64,000 bases of DNA from Balanoglossus misakiensis (GCA_040954595.2 CM082587.2:9863403-9927402), one strand, 5' to 3'. Numbered from the stretch's first letter, positions 40,701 to 53,235 are shown. Made by a program: numbers and translations. The notes: a model not told the origin generated them from the sequence alone.

Positions 40701-41905
40701 TGTTATTACAGGGTTTGATCAGAAACATAAAATTCGTTTGGTGAAATATTAATGACGACGGAAAACGTATTTATACCATACGAAATAGATTGTTGTTCAT
40801 CAGAGTTGGACATTGGCTCAATAAATAGTTTTGTAACAGGTCACCTTTGTTTGGAATATTGCCAAGTGTGATACTTCAGTTGTTGTACATATTGTTCCAA
40901 AATGACGTAAATGGTTTTCTTTGTTTAAAGGAATGACTGACCTTGCTGTGTTTTATCTCGCGAACGAGGATGTCAGTAAATACGAAGAAGCTGAAGGCCG
41001 CTTGACAAATGCACTGAAGATCAAAGAGTGCGTTCTGTCCCACTATGAGCAATTCGACAGCTGGCAGATAGGTACTTCAATTTGTTTCACTGACAATCAC
41101 CTTTGAAATCATGTATAGCGTTATAGGTTGATCAGCACCGACTGACTGCGGCATGTCTTAGTCATGACTCGCAAAGCTGACCAGTAACATTTGAATGGAA
41201 AACAAAACGAATGCTTAAAACAAACATTGATTAAAGTTATTTGTAAGTTTTGTCTTTTCGAAATATTTTGTTGATTGTTTCAACTGCTATTGATGAATTT
41301 AGTCGCGATTTCAGTTGTTCATAAAAAGTATCCCTTGACTGTAAAACTGACTATACATTACAGCTAATTCATCCGTTCTGCAGATTTACTAATATCCGTC
41401 TCAATTCTACTTTAGTTTTGTTCGTTTTTTTCCTTTCGGGGACGAGATATTGGTGTTTCAGATTGTGTTCATACATAATCTTCAGTTAAAAGACTAGTAT
41501 AAAATGAGGTGGCCAATTATTTTTCAGTATCTACAAATGTAACTTCTCATAGTCTGCCATTATGTCATTCAATTTCAGGGGTCTATTTTCTTGTTCGACT
41601 ATACATGCTACTGGGAAACGACGAGGAAAGGAAAAAATATGAAAACCTACTGAAAGAAAAATCGGAGAAAGCATTCGAAGAGGAATTTGCATCGAGAGAC
41701 TTGGGGAAGGGTGGGTACAACTTCTTCAGTCTGTTTGCAAATCTAATTAATATGTTAAACATGTGGCTCTCTTAATACTCAGTTGGCTGGTTATTTGGTG
41801 GGATGATTGGTTGTTTGACTGCGGTGTTTGAAGAAACATAATTATATACTGACATCTTTCCATCTCCTTGCAGCTTTCCCACCGGATCCCATGATGTGGG
41901 CTTAA
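37761..41905 (+). CDS. STAND NB-ARC-type NTPase with SAM-like insert and TPR repeats (NLR-like), 5'-incomplete
   Basis: Exons 37761-39261, 39562-39696, 40164-40328, 40500-40643, 40931-41071, 41579-41710 and 41874-41905 are all GT-AG with phase-1 junctions and stay open to AFPPDPMMWA*. Motifs: WLLVLDNAD (Walker B), GHVIITSRD, GLPLAL, ATWSLTF, TIHRVMR, then TPR helices. No Walker A exon found. Confidence 0.88.
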
Positions 41906-43745
41906 TTCATCAGTGGAATACCTTCCCTTGCATGGTTTGTGTATGGACAGATTCACCAATGTAGGACTCAGTCGTCGAGAAGAGTTTGACCCATCCAACA
42001 ACTCCCTTGGTTGGCACTGTCAGCAGTGTCGGGTTGATATTTGGTGCTCCTATCTGAGCACTGAAGAAGAGTCTTTGATCTTGCCAAACGTTAGAAATTA
42101 TGGTCAAACTGCTAATGAACTTGTATTGATGTCTAACAACGTTAGCATACACTGATGATTTGTGTCGTGAAAATTTTTGTTCTGTACATTTTTTGCTCAA
42201 TGCAGCATTCATTCAGTGCTAGATTATGAGAGTAACTGACAGGTTTAATATTGTTCGTTACTGTGAAATTACATTTTCAGATATAACGCTTCAGAGCAGT
42301 GCCTGTAAAATATAGTGTCTACGAAATAGTAGAAAATGACGATATTAGTGTTTCCCTTTTCAGTTGTAAACGTTTATTCGAATATCTTGACATTAGTATT
42401 TCAATCTTGATGGATAAGCATATTTTACATACTCGCATTGACAGGATGTGTCCTTGATTTTAAGATGACGTATTTTGGAACGATTTCTCATGCAAAACCC
42501 ACAGCCTTGACTATAGTTGGGATTTTTCTTCAATGTTGGCTGTCCATCTTCCAGTTAAACTCAGAAGGCAGCATATATTGTAGAATTTGGAGTCTCTATG
42601 ATAGCTTAATACATTGTACGTGAACTCCGCAGTAAACTTCATCTTATATTGTCGTGGTAATTATGGCACAAGGAAAAGCTTTAAGGAATTTCTATTTTTG
42701 TAAATTTTATAGTATGCGTTTCTTTATCAGATCCCCTTCAACTGGAAGAACAGTAATCCAGTAGCATTATATCATTGAACGGTTTTATGAGCGAACGTCT
42801 GTTTTCTTGAGTTTTGAAACACGTGACTTGCATTAATTTGGCATTTTGGCTCTGGAAGTAGACAAGTAAAGTGGATATGAAAACAAATAACGCGTAATCC
42901 TTTTCCATAGAACTTTTATTTGCCAGTATTTCAGCATTTTGATTGGAAATTGACAAAATGGAGTAACTGTGATACTATTCAGGAAACTGAAATTTACGTA
43001 CCTCAGACCTTTTCCATAAACGCCTGTAAGTTGTTTTCATTAAGATAGTTGAATACCACATTTTAGACGAAACTCTTCTTCAGAATGACAACATTTAGCA
43101 CATAGACTTGTGATACTTCCTATGAATTTTCAGGATCTGTCCCATATATCATTGATTTTCAAACCAAGTGACATCTGACAGTGGAACCATGCTCATGAAA
43201 CTTGATGCAAATAAATATGGTGTACAATATTTTTAACATTTTCTTGTTTGTTCTTAAATTCTTATTTTAACACTTCATTTATGTTCACGTTTTTCACTTC
43301 AGACTTTCTCTAGGGTCTATGCAATACCCCATTTGCAAACATTGCAAAATACATATATATATATTCTTTGTTTTCAAAGAACTCCCCTGTAAATTTGTCC
43401 CACGACATACATATACAATATAAACGTCCATCCGTCCCCAATACTTCATAACAAGACACGCCACTCAACACATTTTAAGCATTGAACAGATCGACAAACA
43501 GTCTGATAAGCTACGCAAAGAGTGACCAGACTTTGGCTCCTTTGAATTGGACATACACATGACCAGATGAATTATTTTGAGTGATATAGGCCTATCTTTA
43601 AGTCGGAAATAACAAAACACATATTATTCTATGAAATAAAAGAATCAAGGGCATCGACAGTATGATGTAAGCAACTAATTGTTTTTGAGTTTAACAGATG
43701 AGAACTCGGCGCGCCTCTTATTTCTTGTAGTGGATCCAATCGCGC

Positions 43746-43757
43746 GTGTGTGTGTGT

Positions 43758-43806
<49 letters not shown>
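43746..43806. repeat. (GT)n(GA)n microsatellite at the start of a duplicated segment
   Basis: Seen directly; the following sequence matches 51311 onward. Confidence 0.9.
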
Positions 43807-43812
<6 letters not shown>

Positions 43813-44523
43813 ATTGGTAAAGTGTGTCATTTGAAACTGCCATCATAATTGCCTCAGTTTATGGCTATACATTTCACTAGTCGTACACGGGACTCGAATA
43901 ATTCGAAAAGGTATTCTGTATTCCGGTGCTCGTCATGCTATTTTCGCAATTTGTTCTATTTTGATGGAACAAGCTGAAATAACACTGATTGGTGATTGGA
44001 TCTTGTTTGCAAAATCGATAGTGTTCGCGTTTTGTTTTGTAGTTTTTAAAGAAATATAGGCTACATTCATCTGTGCGTGCAGATAACTGTCGGTCCAATA
44101 TTTAAAAGCCAACGACGAATGGGTAAGTGGGTGCGTTTGTTTATTTATTTTCTGGTATTTGTCTGAAAATCACCGCTAACCGACAAATTGCATGTTTTTT
44201 TATTTTCCATGTGGTAATGTTCTGGGGCATGCGTTTCTGCTGCGGAAGAAATACTGAAATTACTTGTCAACACTCGCCGATTTTGTGGTTTGCTGTGGCC
44301 CTTCTGTCATAAAATTATATAAAAAATCAAAGATGAAAATGAAACAAACAAATAATTAATTAACGATATTTAAATATAATTGAACTATCATACAATCGTG
44401 TTTTGATCAGTGTGTGTATATACGTGCGTGATCAAGGCTTGAAATGGATGTGTGTGTTTTTCATGCACGGATTTCTTGAATAGAGGCATCACATATTTTC
44501 TAATTTTTACAGGTCAACACGCC

Positions 44524-44773
44524 ATGAAGTTGTTGCTGGTCGTATCGACGCTTCTGGGCGTCGTGTACTGTAGTTTCGAAGCCAACCACCCGTTTCGTTC
44601 AAAGCCATGGGTTTGTACGGCTTCCAAAATCAAGGGATACGACACTGGAGAAAGAGACGCCGATTTTAACTGCCAAATTCGTGAAAGTTGTTGGTAGTTA
44701 TATCGGACCAACAAATACATACAGAAGCGTGAACGTTGTGAGTGACAAGTTGGACACAGCCGCGATAAACATG
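44524..44773 (+). pseudogene. Frameshifted, truncated paralogue of the secreted protein at 46835
   Basis: MKLLLVVSTLLGVVYCSFEANHPFRSKPWVC..., a frameshifting deletion at ~44643, then KVVGSYIGPTNTYRSV...|gtaaat. Exons 2 and 3 not found. Confidence 0.8.
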
Positions 44774-44793
44774 GTAAATATATACAATTTTAA

Positions 44794-44972
44794 AGGGAAG
44801 GGGTCGTCGCGCCGCGTGGGTGTCCCCCTTGTCGAGAATATGTCCTCAAATACTCGCACAAACCTCACTGCAGTCGCCACGACCTACTAGGATCTAATAA
44901 AGTTATTACTTGAGGGATTTGTGGATGAATTGTAATGTTTAAAAACAAGCGCGGCGCGACGACCCCTTCACT
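44794..44972. mobile_element. Kolobok-like MITE (family B)
   Basis: TTAA-AGGGAAGGGGTCGTCGCGCCGCG ... CGCGGCGCGACGACCCCTTCACT-TTAA. Confidence 0.8.
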
Positions 44973-44976
44973 TTAA

Positions 44977-45322
44977 AGGGACAAAGTCTGTCTCTCGCTG
45001 CCCTTTTTCCATTAATTATATTTGAAACAAGACACCGTTTGTTATTCTACATGTGGATATATAGTGAATGAGCATTCAACCACACACATCTTCCATCCTT
45101 CTTATAGACAGGAGAGTGAAAAAATCGCCAAAATGAATAATCGTTCTTTACCATTTATTCATTTTGGGCGAGTTTTTACTCTCATATCATACAAGTGGGA
45201 TGGAAGTTTTGTGTGGTTGATCATTGATTCACTATATATCCACATGTACATTAACGTAAACAGTGTCTTGTATCAAACATAATAATGGAAAAAGGGGCAG
45301 CAAGGAGAGAGACGTTGTCCTT
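44977..45322. mobile_element. Full-length Kolobok-like MITE (family A); further copies at ~45480-45720 and 47545-47805
   Basis: Largely palindromic, AG...YT termini, TTAA target-site duplication. Confidence 0.8.
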
Positions 45323-46297
45323 TTAAGCGAACGGGTAGCTTAGTTGCAACTCTGAGTTTCACACGTCGATCACAGACCCTCCTGTATTGAGAACAATACA
45401 GTTACTACTGCAAGTTCTATCACCCTGAACACGATTTGGAGTTATAGACTGCACCGCGTGCAATTGATTGTGCCGATGTTAAAGGACAAATTTTCCTCTC
45501 ACTACCCCTTTTCCATTAACCTTGTTTGATACAAGACACCATTTACGTTATTCTACATGTGGATATATAGTAAATCAACGTTCAACCACACACACCTTAC
45601 AGCCCACTTGTAGACATGAGAGTGAAAAACTCTACAATTTATTCATTTTGGCAAGTTTTTCACTATCGTGTCTACAAGCGGGCTGTAAGGTGTGTGTGGT
45701 TGAACGTTGATTCACTATATATAAATAAAATAAACTAATACTTCAAAATGAAACTGGTATTGTGCGTTTGTTAATGGCAGTTTTTGCCCAGCCTTCGTGT
45801 AAAAACCAGTTCAGTTCCCGGTGCCATTTCATTTCACGGAGACCCAGCTGAAAGATGCGATTTCTGTTGTGCTTGGACCAGTCATCTAGAAACGTGCAAG
45901 ACATCTGTGATGGCCAACCTTCTATATATTAAGCATATGTGGTTTCCAATCTCTCTTGGTTTCCTTTTTGGTAATTCTTGGTTCGTTGCATGGTTAGTAC
46001 CAATACAGTCAAGAGTACTAAAACGAATGCTAAATGCAATGACGCTTCCATTAAGAAAAGTGAATATTTGATATCTATTAACATGAGTTAAGTAAGCTGC
46101 AATTGAAAACGGGACTTGGACATAACAACGTCAGAATTATATGTTCAGCAGTTGTACGCGTGGCATTAATAAACCGAAAAAAAAATCAACCAGCATTCTT
46201 CTGTATAACTACTATTTTTTTTAAATTTTCATTTTCTAATATAAACTATTTAAAAAAAAACTTTCCTGTAGTTTTTAAATAACACACATCGTGACAG

Positions 46298-46390
46298 TAT
46301 TTATAAAATTCGTGCACAAACATTAAAGAATTCATCCGTGCAGATGCATGTAAGCTTTCGCTGCACACTTTCAAAGCTAAGCAGTAAGAG
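46298..46390 (+). promoter_or_regulatory. TATA box and non-coding first exon of the secreted-protein gene
   Basis: TATTTATAAAA at ~46299; donor AG|GTAAGT at 46390; acceptor TTCTACAG at 46821, just before the ATG. Confidence 0.5.
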
Positions 46391-46834
46391 GTAAGTATAT
46401 TTTTCCGTGTAGTTTTATGTTTGTAGCTTCGTATAGTCTCTATTACGACACGTCGCCAAGCAGAGCGACGATGTCATTAGCGTCGCGTCCACAGGATTTT
46501 CTATACGCGGACGCATTTCAATATCACAAAGTTTTGCAGCAAGACTGAAGTAGATTCGTTGCGGGGATATGCATTTCTGTGGCGGAAAGAGTTGAATAAT
46601 GCTCAAACGGCAATTTTTTTTGGCTGTGTCCATTCTGCCATAAAATTAATTGTCATGAAATAAAAGAATGCTTATAAAATCCAGTTTAGTAGCAACATTG
46701 TAATCTAATGAAATATTATCGTTGTTTGATCGGGGCTTCGTACTTCTTCGTATAGGAGTTTGTCCCTGATGGTATAAACCTGCTATATCATCTTATGGAG
46801 AGGTAATTCTTGCTTCTACAGGTAAACGCGTACA

Positions 46835-48294
46835 ATGAGGTTGCTGTTTGTCGTATCTGCTCTTCTGGTCATCGTGTATCGTGGCCTCGAAGCCGGGCAT
46901 CCATTCCGTTCTCAGCCATGGGTTTGTTCCTCTGCCCAAATCATGGCTTACAACGACGCCGTATACGATATTGTCTTAACGCACGGCGTGGAGTGTTTCG
47001 ACGAGATCATGATGCTACCCGACATATTGGAAAATGAGGATCCGATTCACACGACCAGGTTTTTGAAAGTTGTCGGCAGTTACATCGGACCAACAAATAC
47101 ATTCCGAGCCGTGGACATTGTGATTGACAAGTTGGACACACTGACAAGCCTGGTAAAGCAAAATAAGATCTTAAAAACACAATTATGGATAATATTTTCC
47201 CAAGCATTCCTAACGAGTGTGGTGGAGTAATCGAAGACGAGTGCATAGTAACTAGACAAGTGTATAATGTTAGAGATTGTATGTCTGATACTTGAAAGGC
47301 GAGGTGGTCAATATCGCATCGATACAAACACCTTCGTGCATGCGATATAACCTGTTTAAATTAACTTTTCCTCTCTCTTCACTCTGTATTTACTTCTTTA
47401 TTCCATTGCTTCATTTCACTGCAGGGTTCCATGATATCCGATGACGAACTGGTTAGAGGCTGCATGAATTGCACACTTCACATGTACGTTAACAACAGAC
47501 TCGTCGAAACGTGCTACGACCTTGATGTAAGTTTGAAGAGAATATTAAAGGGACAAAGTCGCTCTCTTGCCCATTTTCCCGTTTGTTTGTTTCTACAAGA
47601 CACTGTTTATGTTATTCTACATGTGGATATATAGTGAATCAACGTTCGACTACACACAGCTTCCATTCCACTTGTAGACACGAGTGTGAAAAACTCACCA
47701 AAACGGTCTCTACTACTAGTATATATCCACATGTAGAATAACATAAACGTTGCCTTGTATCAAACATAATTAATCATGGGTAAAGGGCAGCGAGAGAGAG
47801 ACTTTTGGTATCTGTCTAAATAGTCAATATAATCAGGTTAACATTATTCCAATTCTCTCCGGGTGTTGATTTCATATCAAAGTCAGAAATTGGATTTTGG
47901 CTTCAAAAAAGGAAGAATGGGCGTACATGCCATACTAGTTTTGCATACAATTTCCAGTTCTATCAGCTTGATATTTTTGCGAACAATTCTCTAATTACGA
48001 CCCCGAACCATTATCCGCCACTTTTCGGAATGTGGTTTGTTTTGCTATTAAATTAAAAAATTAATTCTCGTATACAGGACAAGAAAAGTGCGACTGACAA
48101 TTCATTGTTTTCTTCAATAGGTGTGCCCAGAGAAACTTTCCATGTTTATACGCTGGCATCCAGAGGGAAACGTCACATTTTTGGCAAATGCTGAATATTG
48201 TTCCTACAGACGTATTGACGATACCGACAACTATTACTGCAAGTACTATCATCCAGAACAGAATCTGGAGTATTTAGAGCATCTCGAAGTCTAA
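46835..48294 (+). CDS. 197-aa secreted Cys-containing protein, family not recognised (exons 46835-47152, 47425-47526, 48121-48294)
   Basis: Hydrophobic N-terminus; three phase-0 GT-AG exons of 318, 102 and 174 nt open to LEHLEV*; conserved with the adjacent pseudogene paralogue. Confidence 0.85.
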
Positions 48295-48543
48295 TACTGA
48301 GACAATTTTTAGAACTCCAAGAGAGATCTCGCCTGGATAAGAAGTTTGTACGGGAGGGCATTCTCATGTGACAACACAAACAAAACGCGGCACAAAAGTT
48401 ACATTTTTGTTAAACTCGGCACCTATTATAATTTCATACAAAGCTTGACTTGTATTACTTGGCAAGTTGCTACGGAACACAACCTAGTCTCGCGAGATCT
48501 CGCAATGAGAGGAAAATCATCTACTATAGTATTCAGCACTTCA

Positions 48544-48781
48544 ATGTTAACGCCTTAAAGAATTCATTTCACTTGACGTGTAGGAGCGCTACTAATCAGG
48601 AATGGTCAGAGTCCAAAATAATGTCAATGTTGAACACTGTGTTATTCAAAGGGAATAAAGTATAAATGTTAACGCCTTAAAGAATTCATTTCACTTGACG
48701 TGTAGGAGCGCTACTAATCAGGAATGGTCAGAGTCCAAAATAATGTCAATGTTGAACACTGTGTTATTCAAAGGGAATAAA
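48544..48781. repeat. ~120-bp perfect tandem duplication
   Basis: AATGTTAACGCCTTAAAG...TTCAAAGGGAATAAA occurs twice. Confidence 0.9.
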
Positions 48782-49433
48782 GGCCCACAGAAGTTGAAAA
48801 CGATTTGATAATCCAATTTTACCAGAATTCACAGAAATTATCCCAGATACAATTATTTCAACAATGGCGCCGTTGTACTGAGTGCGAAGTGTGCGGACAG
48901 TACCGGCGGTAGCAGTTTTCTGTCACCAACGGGTAACTGTCCTCCAACATCAGCATCCACCGGTCAGTATATACTGCCATCATGCGAGGAACAACGGTAA
49001 ACTTGACTGCCTTTTCAACGTCCGCCTCACCAAGAATCAACATGGGAGTAACAGATTAAAACAGAAGATCGAATCACACAATGGTGTCTTATAAATGCTC
49101 TTTATTCTTAATCTCGCTGTGAATACTTAAATCAGCAATGATCTCTCCGTATCAGTGTCAATATCAATCAGTGAAATGTCATTTTTTCTTTCAAAATTCA
49201 ATACGCACAGAGGAGTTAGAATAGAGAAAAATCCATTACTGAGCCTCAGATGTCAGTTGACCTATGACCTGATGGTGTGGACATGTATGAGGGGGCCATA
49301 ACAAAAAGCAAAAAAAGGCTCTATTTCTATGAAGAACTGCTGTGTGTAGTAGTGTTTATATAAAATGAAAAACGACAAGATCTGAGAGATATTTTTCCCC
49401 GCTACTATTAAAGTCCATGTAAGAGGGTTTACT

Positions 49434-51003
49434 TTATGAATATACTGTGACTGATTCCATATTCAACAGTTGTAGAGTCTCTGCTATGATGGGTGCCGTG
49501 TCAAGCTTGGTGTTAATTCCAACGATGAATGCTTTCTGCAGTAAAACATTTGCATACTCTGAAAGGAAACAAAACAAAAGTCCAGATGATCTGCATTGAC
49601 AAGATATCCACTTACACTCAAAATTGTAATTATTGACCACAACACTGTCTATTCTACCATTGGCTGTAGTGTGCTAACAAGTATATAAATTCCAGGTATG
49701 CAAAATTCATTTGATCAAGATTCTGGTTGCATGATGTGAAAGTCAAGATGATCACTGCTATCAAAACAGTGCAAATTTATGACACATTTCAAATGACAGA
49801 CTAGTTTCACATTCATTTTACATTTATGATGTAAATTCTTCGTTATATGAAACTTTGATTAATCTTGCAAAAGAAGTCTCTATTTACGGTACTGATCAGA
49901 ATGCTTGATACGTTGGCCAATGGCAGCCATAATGGTTCAATTCTGACACTTTCTGTGAGCACAAGAGTGGTTCAGAACAGGAACATCTGGACCATCCCAA
50001 GCAGAAAGGGGTCTTATGGTCATAAGTATCGCGCTCCCATAAGACTGCTTTCTGCTTGGGATGGCCCATTTTAATGCTATTAGGAACTTAATTCAGACTA
50101 TCATAATAGGCCTCACCTTGGCACAACAGAGCAAACTCAGGTAGATGTTGGAGAGCCACATTAACGACACTCTGGTCACTGCTATCCAGACAATCAATGA
50201 TGGCTGGCAGGAGTTCCTTGACATGCTGTTGACAAACAGTAGAAAGTCTGATAAGTGGAGTACCAATAATCGATATGCCTTTTTCATATGCCCTTCCAAG
50301 ACAATGCGAAAATCAGGCCAGAAAGTCAATGAGTAAAAATTCTATCGTATTGTGTATTGTCGTTAAGTTGGGGCCAATGTTCGACAGCCACATTTTATTG
50401 TACGGTAATTTTTACGCGCAACTTACATGTATATCATATGTAACAACTGCATAATGAATATTTTAATAAGTTAAACAGGACATTCCAGATTTATATAAAC
50501 AAATATATAACGAAAGACAAGCCCAAAGTAAGAGCTAATGGAACTTTTATGTCTACATACCTGGGTTTTTGTCTGATATGTCTCATTATTAATGTATATG
50601 CTTTACTACTGCATTGACTGTAACCATCACTCATGAGCTGCATCAACTCAGTCTGTCATCAAAAAACCCAGAAAATTTATATCATTATTGGCATTCAAAA
50701 TCAAGATCAAATTGAACTGGATGCCAACGTTGGGGCGCAATCAATTTCACTTGCAGTATTCCTAATTTCCTATAATATGAAAATCCTGAGAAACTCTGGT
50801 TGGTGCTGTTGTTGATTTTATGACTCCCAAGTGAAACTTGCACAGGTCTTAAAGCAAAGCCCGAGTAATTCAAGCTTTGGAACTGAACCAAATGTTGGCT
50901 GTGAAAGTGACAAAACTTCAGAGTAAACTTACAGTGAAATGATGCAAGGTATCCACTTTCCGTTTGGAAATGTCATCCAATTCTTGAAGCCCTTCAAGTA
51001 TCT
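49434..51003 (-). pseudogene. INTS1: 3'-terminal four exons of Integrator complex subunit 1 (fragment)
   Basis: Exons 51003-50933, 50652-50561, 50225-50117 and 49558-49434 encode ILEGLQELDDISKRK, ELMQLMS...AYTLIMRHIRQKP, CLDSSDQSVVNVALQHLPEFALLCQ|EYANVLLQKAFIVG...LQLLNME, matching the INTS1 C-terminus as recalled. There is a 1-nt phase mismatch between exons 2 and 3, and no upstream exons. Confidence 0.85.
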
Positions 51004-51056
51004 CTTTGAAAAAAAGAGAAAACAAGAACCTTGTAAAAATGCACCAAATTTTATGT

Positions 51057-51155
51057 AGAGAGAGAGAGAGAAAGAGAGAAAGAGAAAGAGAGAGCGAGAA
51101 AGAGAGTGAGAGAGAGAGAGAAAGAGAGAAAGAGGGAGAGAGAGAAAGAGAGAAA

Positions 51156-51229
<74 letters not shown>

Positions 51230-51310
51230 GAGAACGAGAGAGAGAGAGAGAGAGAGTGAGAAAGAGAGAGAGAGAGGGGGGGAGCGACAGCGAGAGAGAG
51301 AGAGAGAGAG
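51057..51310. repeat. Long compound (AG)n/(AAAG)n microsatellite
   Basis: Seen directly. Confidence 0.95.
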
Positions 51311-51589
51311 ATTGGTAAAGTGTGTTATTTGAAACTGCCATCAGAATTGCCTCAGTTTATAGCTATACATTTCGCTGGTCGTACAACGGCGGGCCTCGAA
51401 TAACTCGAAAAGGTATTCAGGTGCTCGTCATGCTATTTTCGCAATTGGTTCTATTTTGATGGAACAAGCTGAAATAACTCTGATTGGTGATTGGTTCTTG
51501 TTTGGAAAATCGCATACCCCAGAACATTACCATATGGAAAATGTAAAGACAGGGAAATCATGCAATTTGTCGGCTTGAGGTGATTTTCA

Positions 51590-52110
51590 GACAAATACCA
51601 GAAATATATAAATAAACAAACGCATCGCCACTCACCCATTCGTCGCTGGCCTTTAAATATTGGACCGACAGTTATCTGCACGCACAGATAAATGTATATT
51701 TCTTTTAATCGTAATTAGAAAAAGACGAACATCATCGATTTTCGCCGTCCTGATCCTATGTACACTATATGCATTATAGGGAATGAGGGTTCCCACACCT
51801 CAATTCTAAATTTCTTAAAGTGATTGAAGTACATAATAGTATATCGTTGCAAATACCAGAAATATATAAATAAACAAACGCATCGCCACTCACCCATTCG
51901 TCGCTGGCCTTTAAATATTGGACCGACAGTTATCTGCACGCACAGATAAATGTATATTTCTTTTAATCGTAATTAGAAAAAGACGAACACCATCGATTTT
52001 CGCCGTCCTGATCCTATGTACACTATATGCATTATAGGGAATGAGGGTTCCCACACCTCAATTCTAAATTTCTTAAAGTGATTGAAGTACATAATAGTAT
52101 ATCGTTGCAA
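51590..52110. repeat. 258-bp tandem duplication, partly an inverted copy of ~44050-44190
   Basis: CAAATACCAGAAATATATAAATAAACAAACGCATCG... at 51592 and 51850. Confidence 0.85.
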
Positions 52111-52356
52111 TAAGAATGAATTATGAATAAATTAGAATGACAAGTCAATACAATAGTTGGCAGGCGGTAGTTTTTGAAGCAAAGCGGACAAAATACGGCT
52201 AGGACTAGGCTAGTAGGATTGGTAAAACAAGAAAAGTGGGGGTGGGGGGGGGGGGTGGGTGTCCCCCTCCCACACGGGAAAATTTTGTAAAATACGGTGC
52301 TCAAAGTTGCATTTGAATGAACTCAAAAGCAAACTAAGTAAATGTTAGGGAGGACT

Positions 52357-52527
52357 GCTTGGCTTGGGCCCTAAAAACCAGGATAATACCAATAGGGCCC
52401 AAGCGCTGCATGCGCTTGGGCCCTAAAAACTCTAGTAATACCAATAGGGCACAAGCCTGCGGGGCTTGTGCCCTAAAAATTCCAACGAAACCAAAAGGGC
52501 CCAAGCCTGGCTTGGCTTGGGCCCTAA
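52357..52527. repeat. Array of 3.5 hairpin units (~51 bp) resembling Helentron termini
   Basis: AGGGCCCAAGC-variable loop-GCTTGGGCCCT-AAAAA repeated with different loops and linkers. Confidence 0.85.
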
Positions 52528-52632
52528 TTAATTAATTAACGATATTTAAATCTAATTGAACTATCACACGATCGAGTTTTGATCAGTGCGTATGGATACG
52601 TGCGTGGTCAAGGCTTGAAATGGAGTCTATTA

Positions 52633-53231
52633 GGCTGCATTCACAAACACCGCTGGAGGGGGGGGGGCGAGAGATTGAGAGGGGGGGGGGATTTGACAAA
52701 ATTGAGGTTATGTAAGGGGGGATTTGAAATAATTTAGGGACTGAAAGGGGGGGGGTACTTGAAAACTTTGACGACTAAATATTTATTTTGAGTCCACAAA
52801 AATGCAGTTTCGCGCCCTTTATTTTACAAAATTTTCTAATGTGGGAGGGGGACACCCCTCCCACAACCACCCCCTCCATCCATCGACACCTTTCAATCGG
52901 TTAAATTCGTCGTCCCCAACATAGCGGTAGTTCAGTTAATTTGCTTTTGCCGGGTTCATTAAAATGCAGCTTTGAGCTCTGTATTTTATAAAATTTTCTT
53001 ACATGGGAAGGGGTCACCCCCTCCCAAACCCACCCCCTTCAATTCTCGGTTTACAATGTCTCCCAACACAGAATACAAATACTTAAAAAAAAAATACAAT
53101 GTTCAGTTTTAATACCCACTGTTGAGGGGAAACATCAGTTTCAAATTCTTTTCATGGGAGGGCTGTTTTTCTTTTTTACAAGATAGATAGGTGATGTGTT
53201 TTGCTCTGTGAAAGAAAATGGGGGGGGGGGG
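52633..53231. mobile_element. Truncated Harbinger-like MITE (same family as 27796-28376)
   Basis: Starts TTA-GGCTGCATTCACAAACACC; interior is collinear with the other copy. Confidence 0.8.
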
Positions 53232-53235
53232 CGTT

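Noticed and set aside
41913-42155. ORF with CQQC suggesting a zinc-finger tail on the STAND protein
   Set aside because: The spliced frame stops at 41905, so this lies in the 3' UTR; it has a non-ATG start and an incomplete ligand set.
48488-48497. TCTCGCGAGA promoter-type palindrome
   Set aside because: A single 10-mer 3' of a gene with no adjacent first exon identified.
48858-49094. Overlapping short ORFs between the secreted-protein gene and INTS1
   Set aside because: No splice partners or recognisable motifs.
52357-52527. CRISPR array
   Set aside because: Eukaryotic context, no cas genes, variable parts only 7-21 nt; better explained as Helentron termini.
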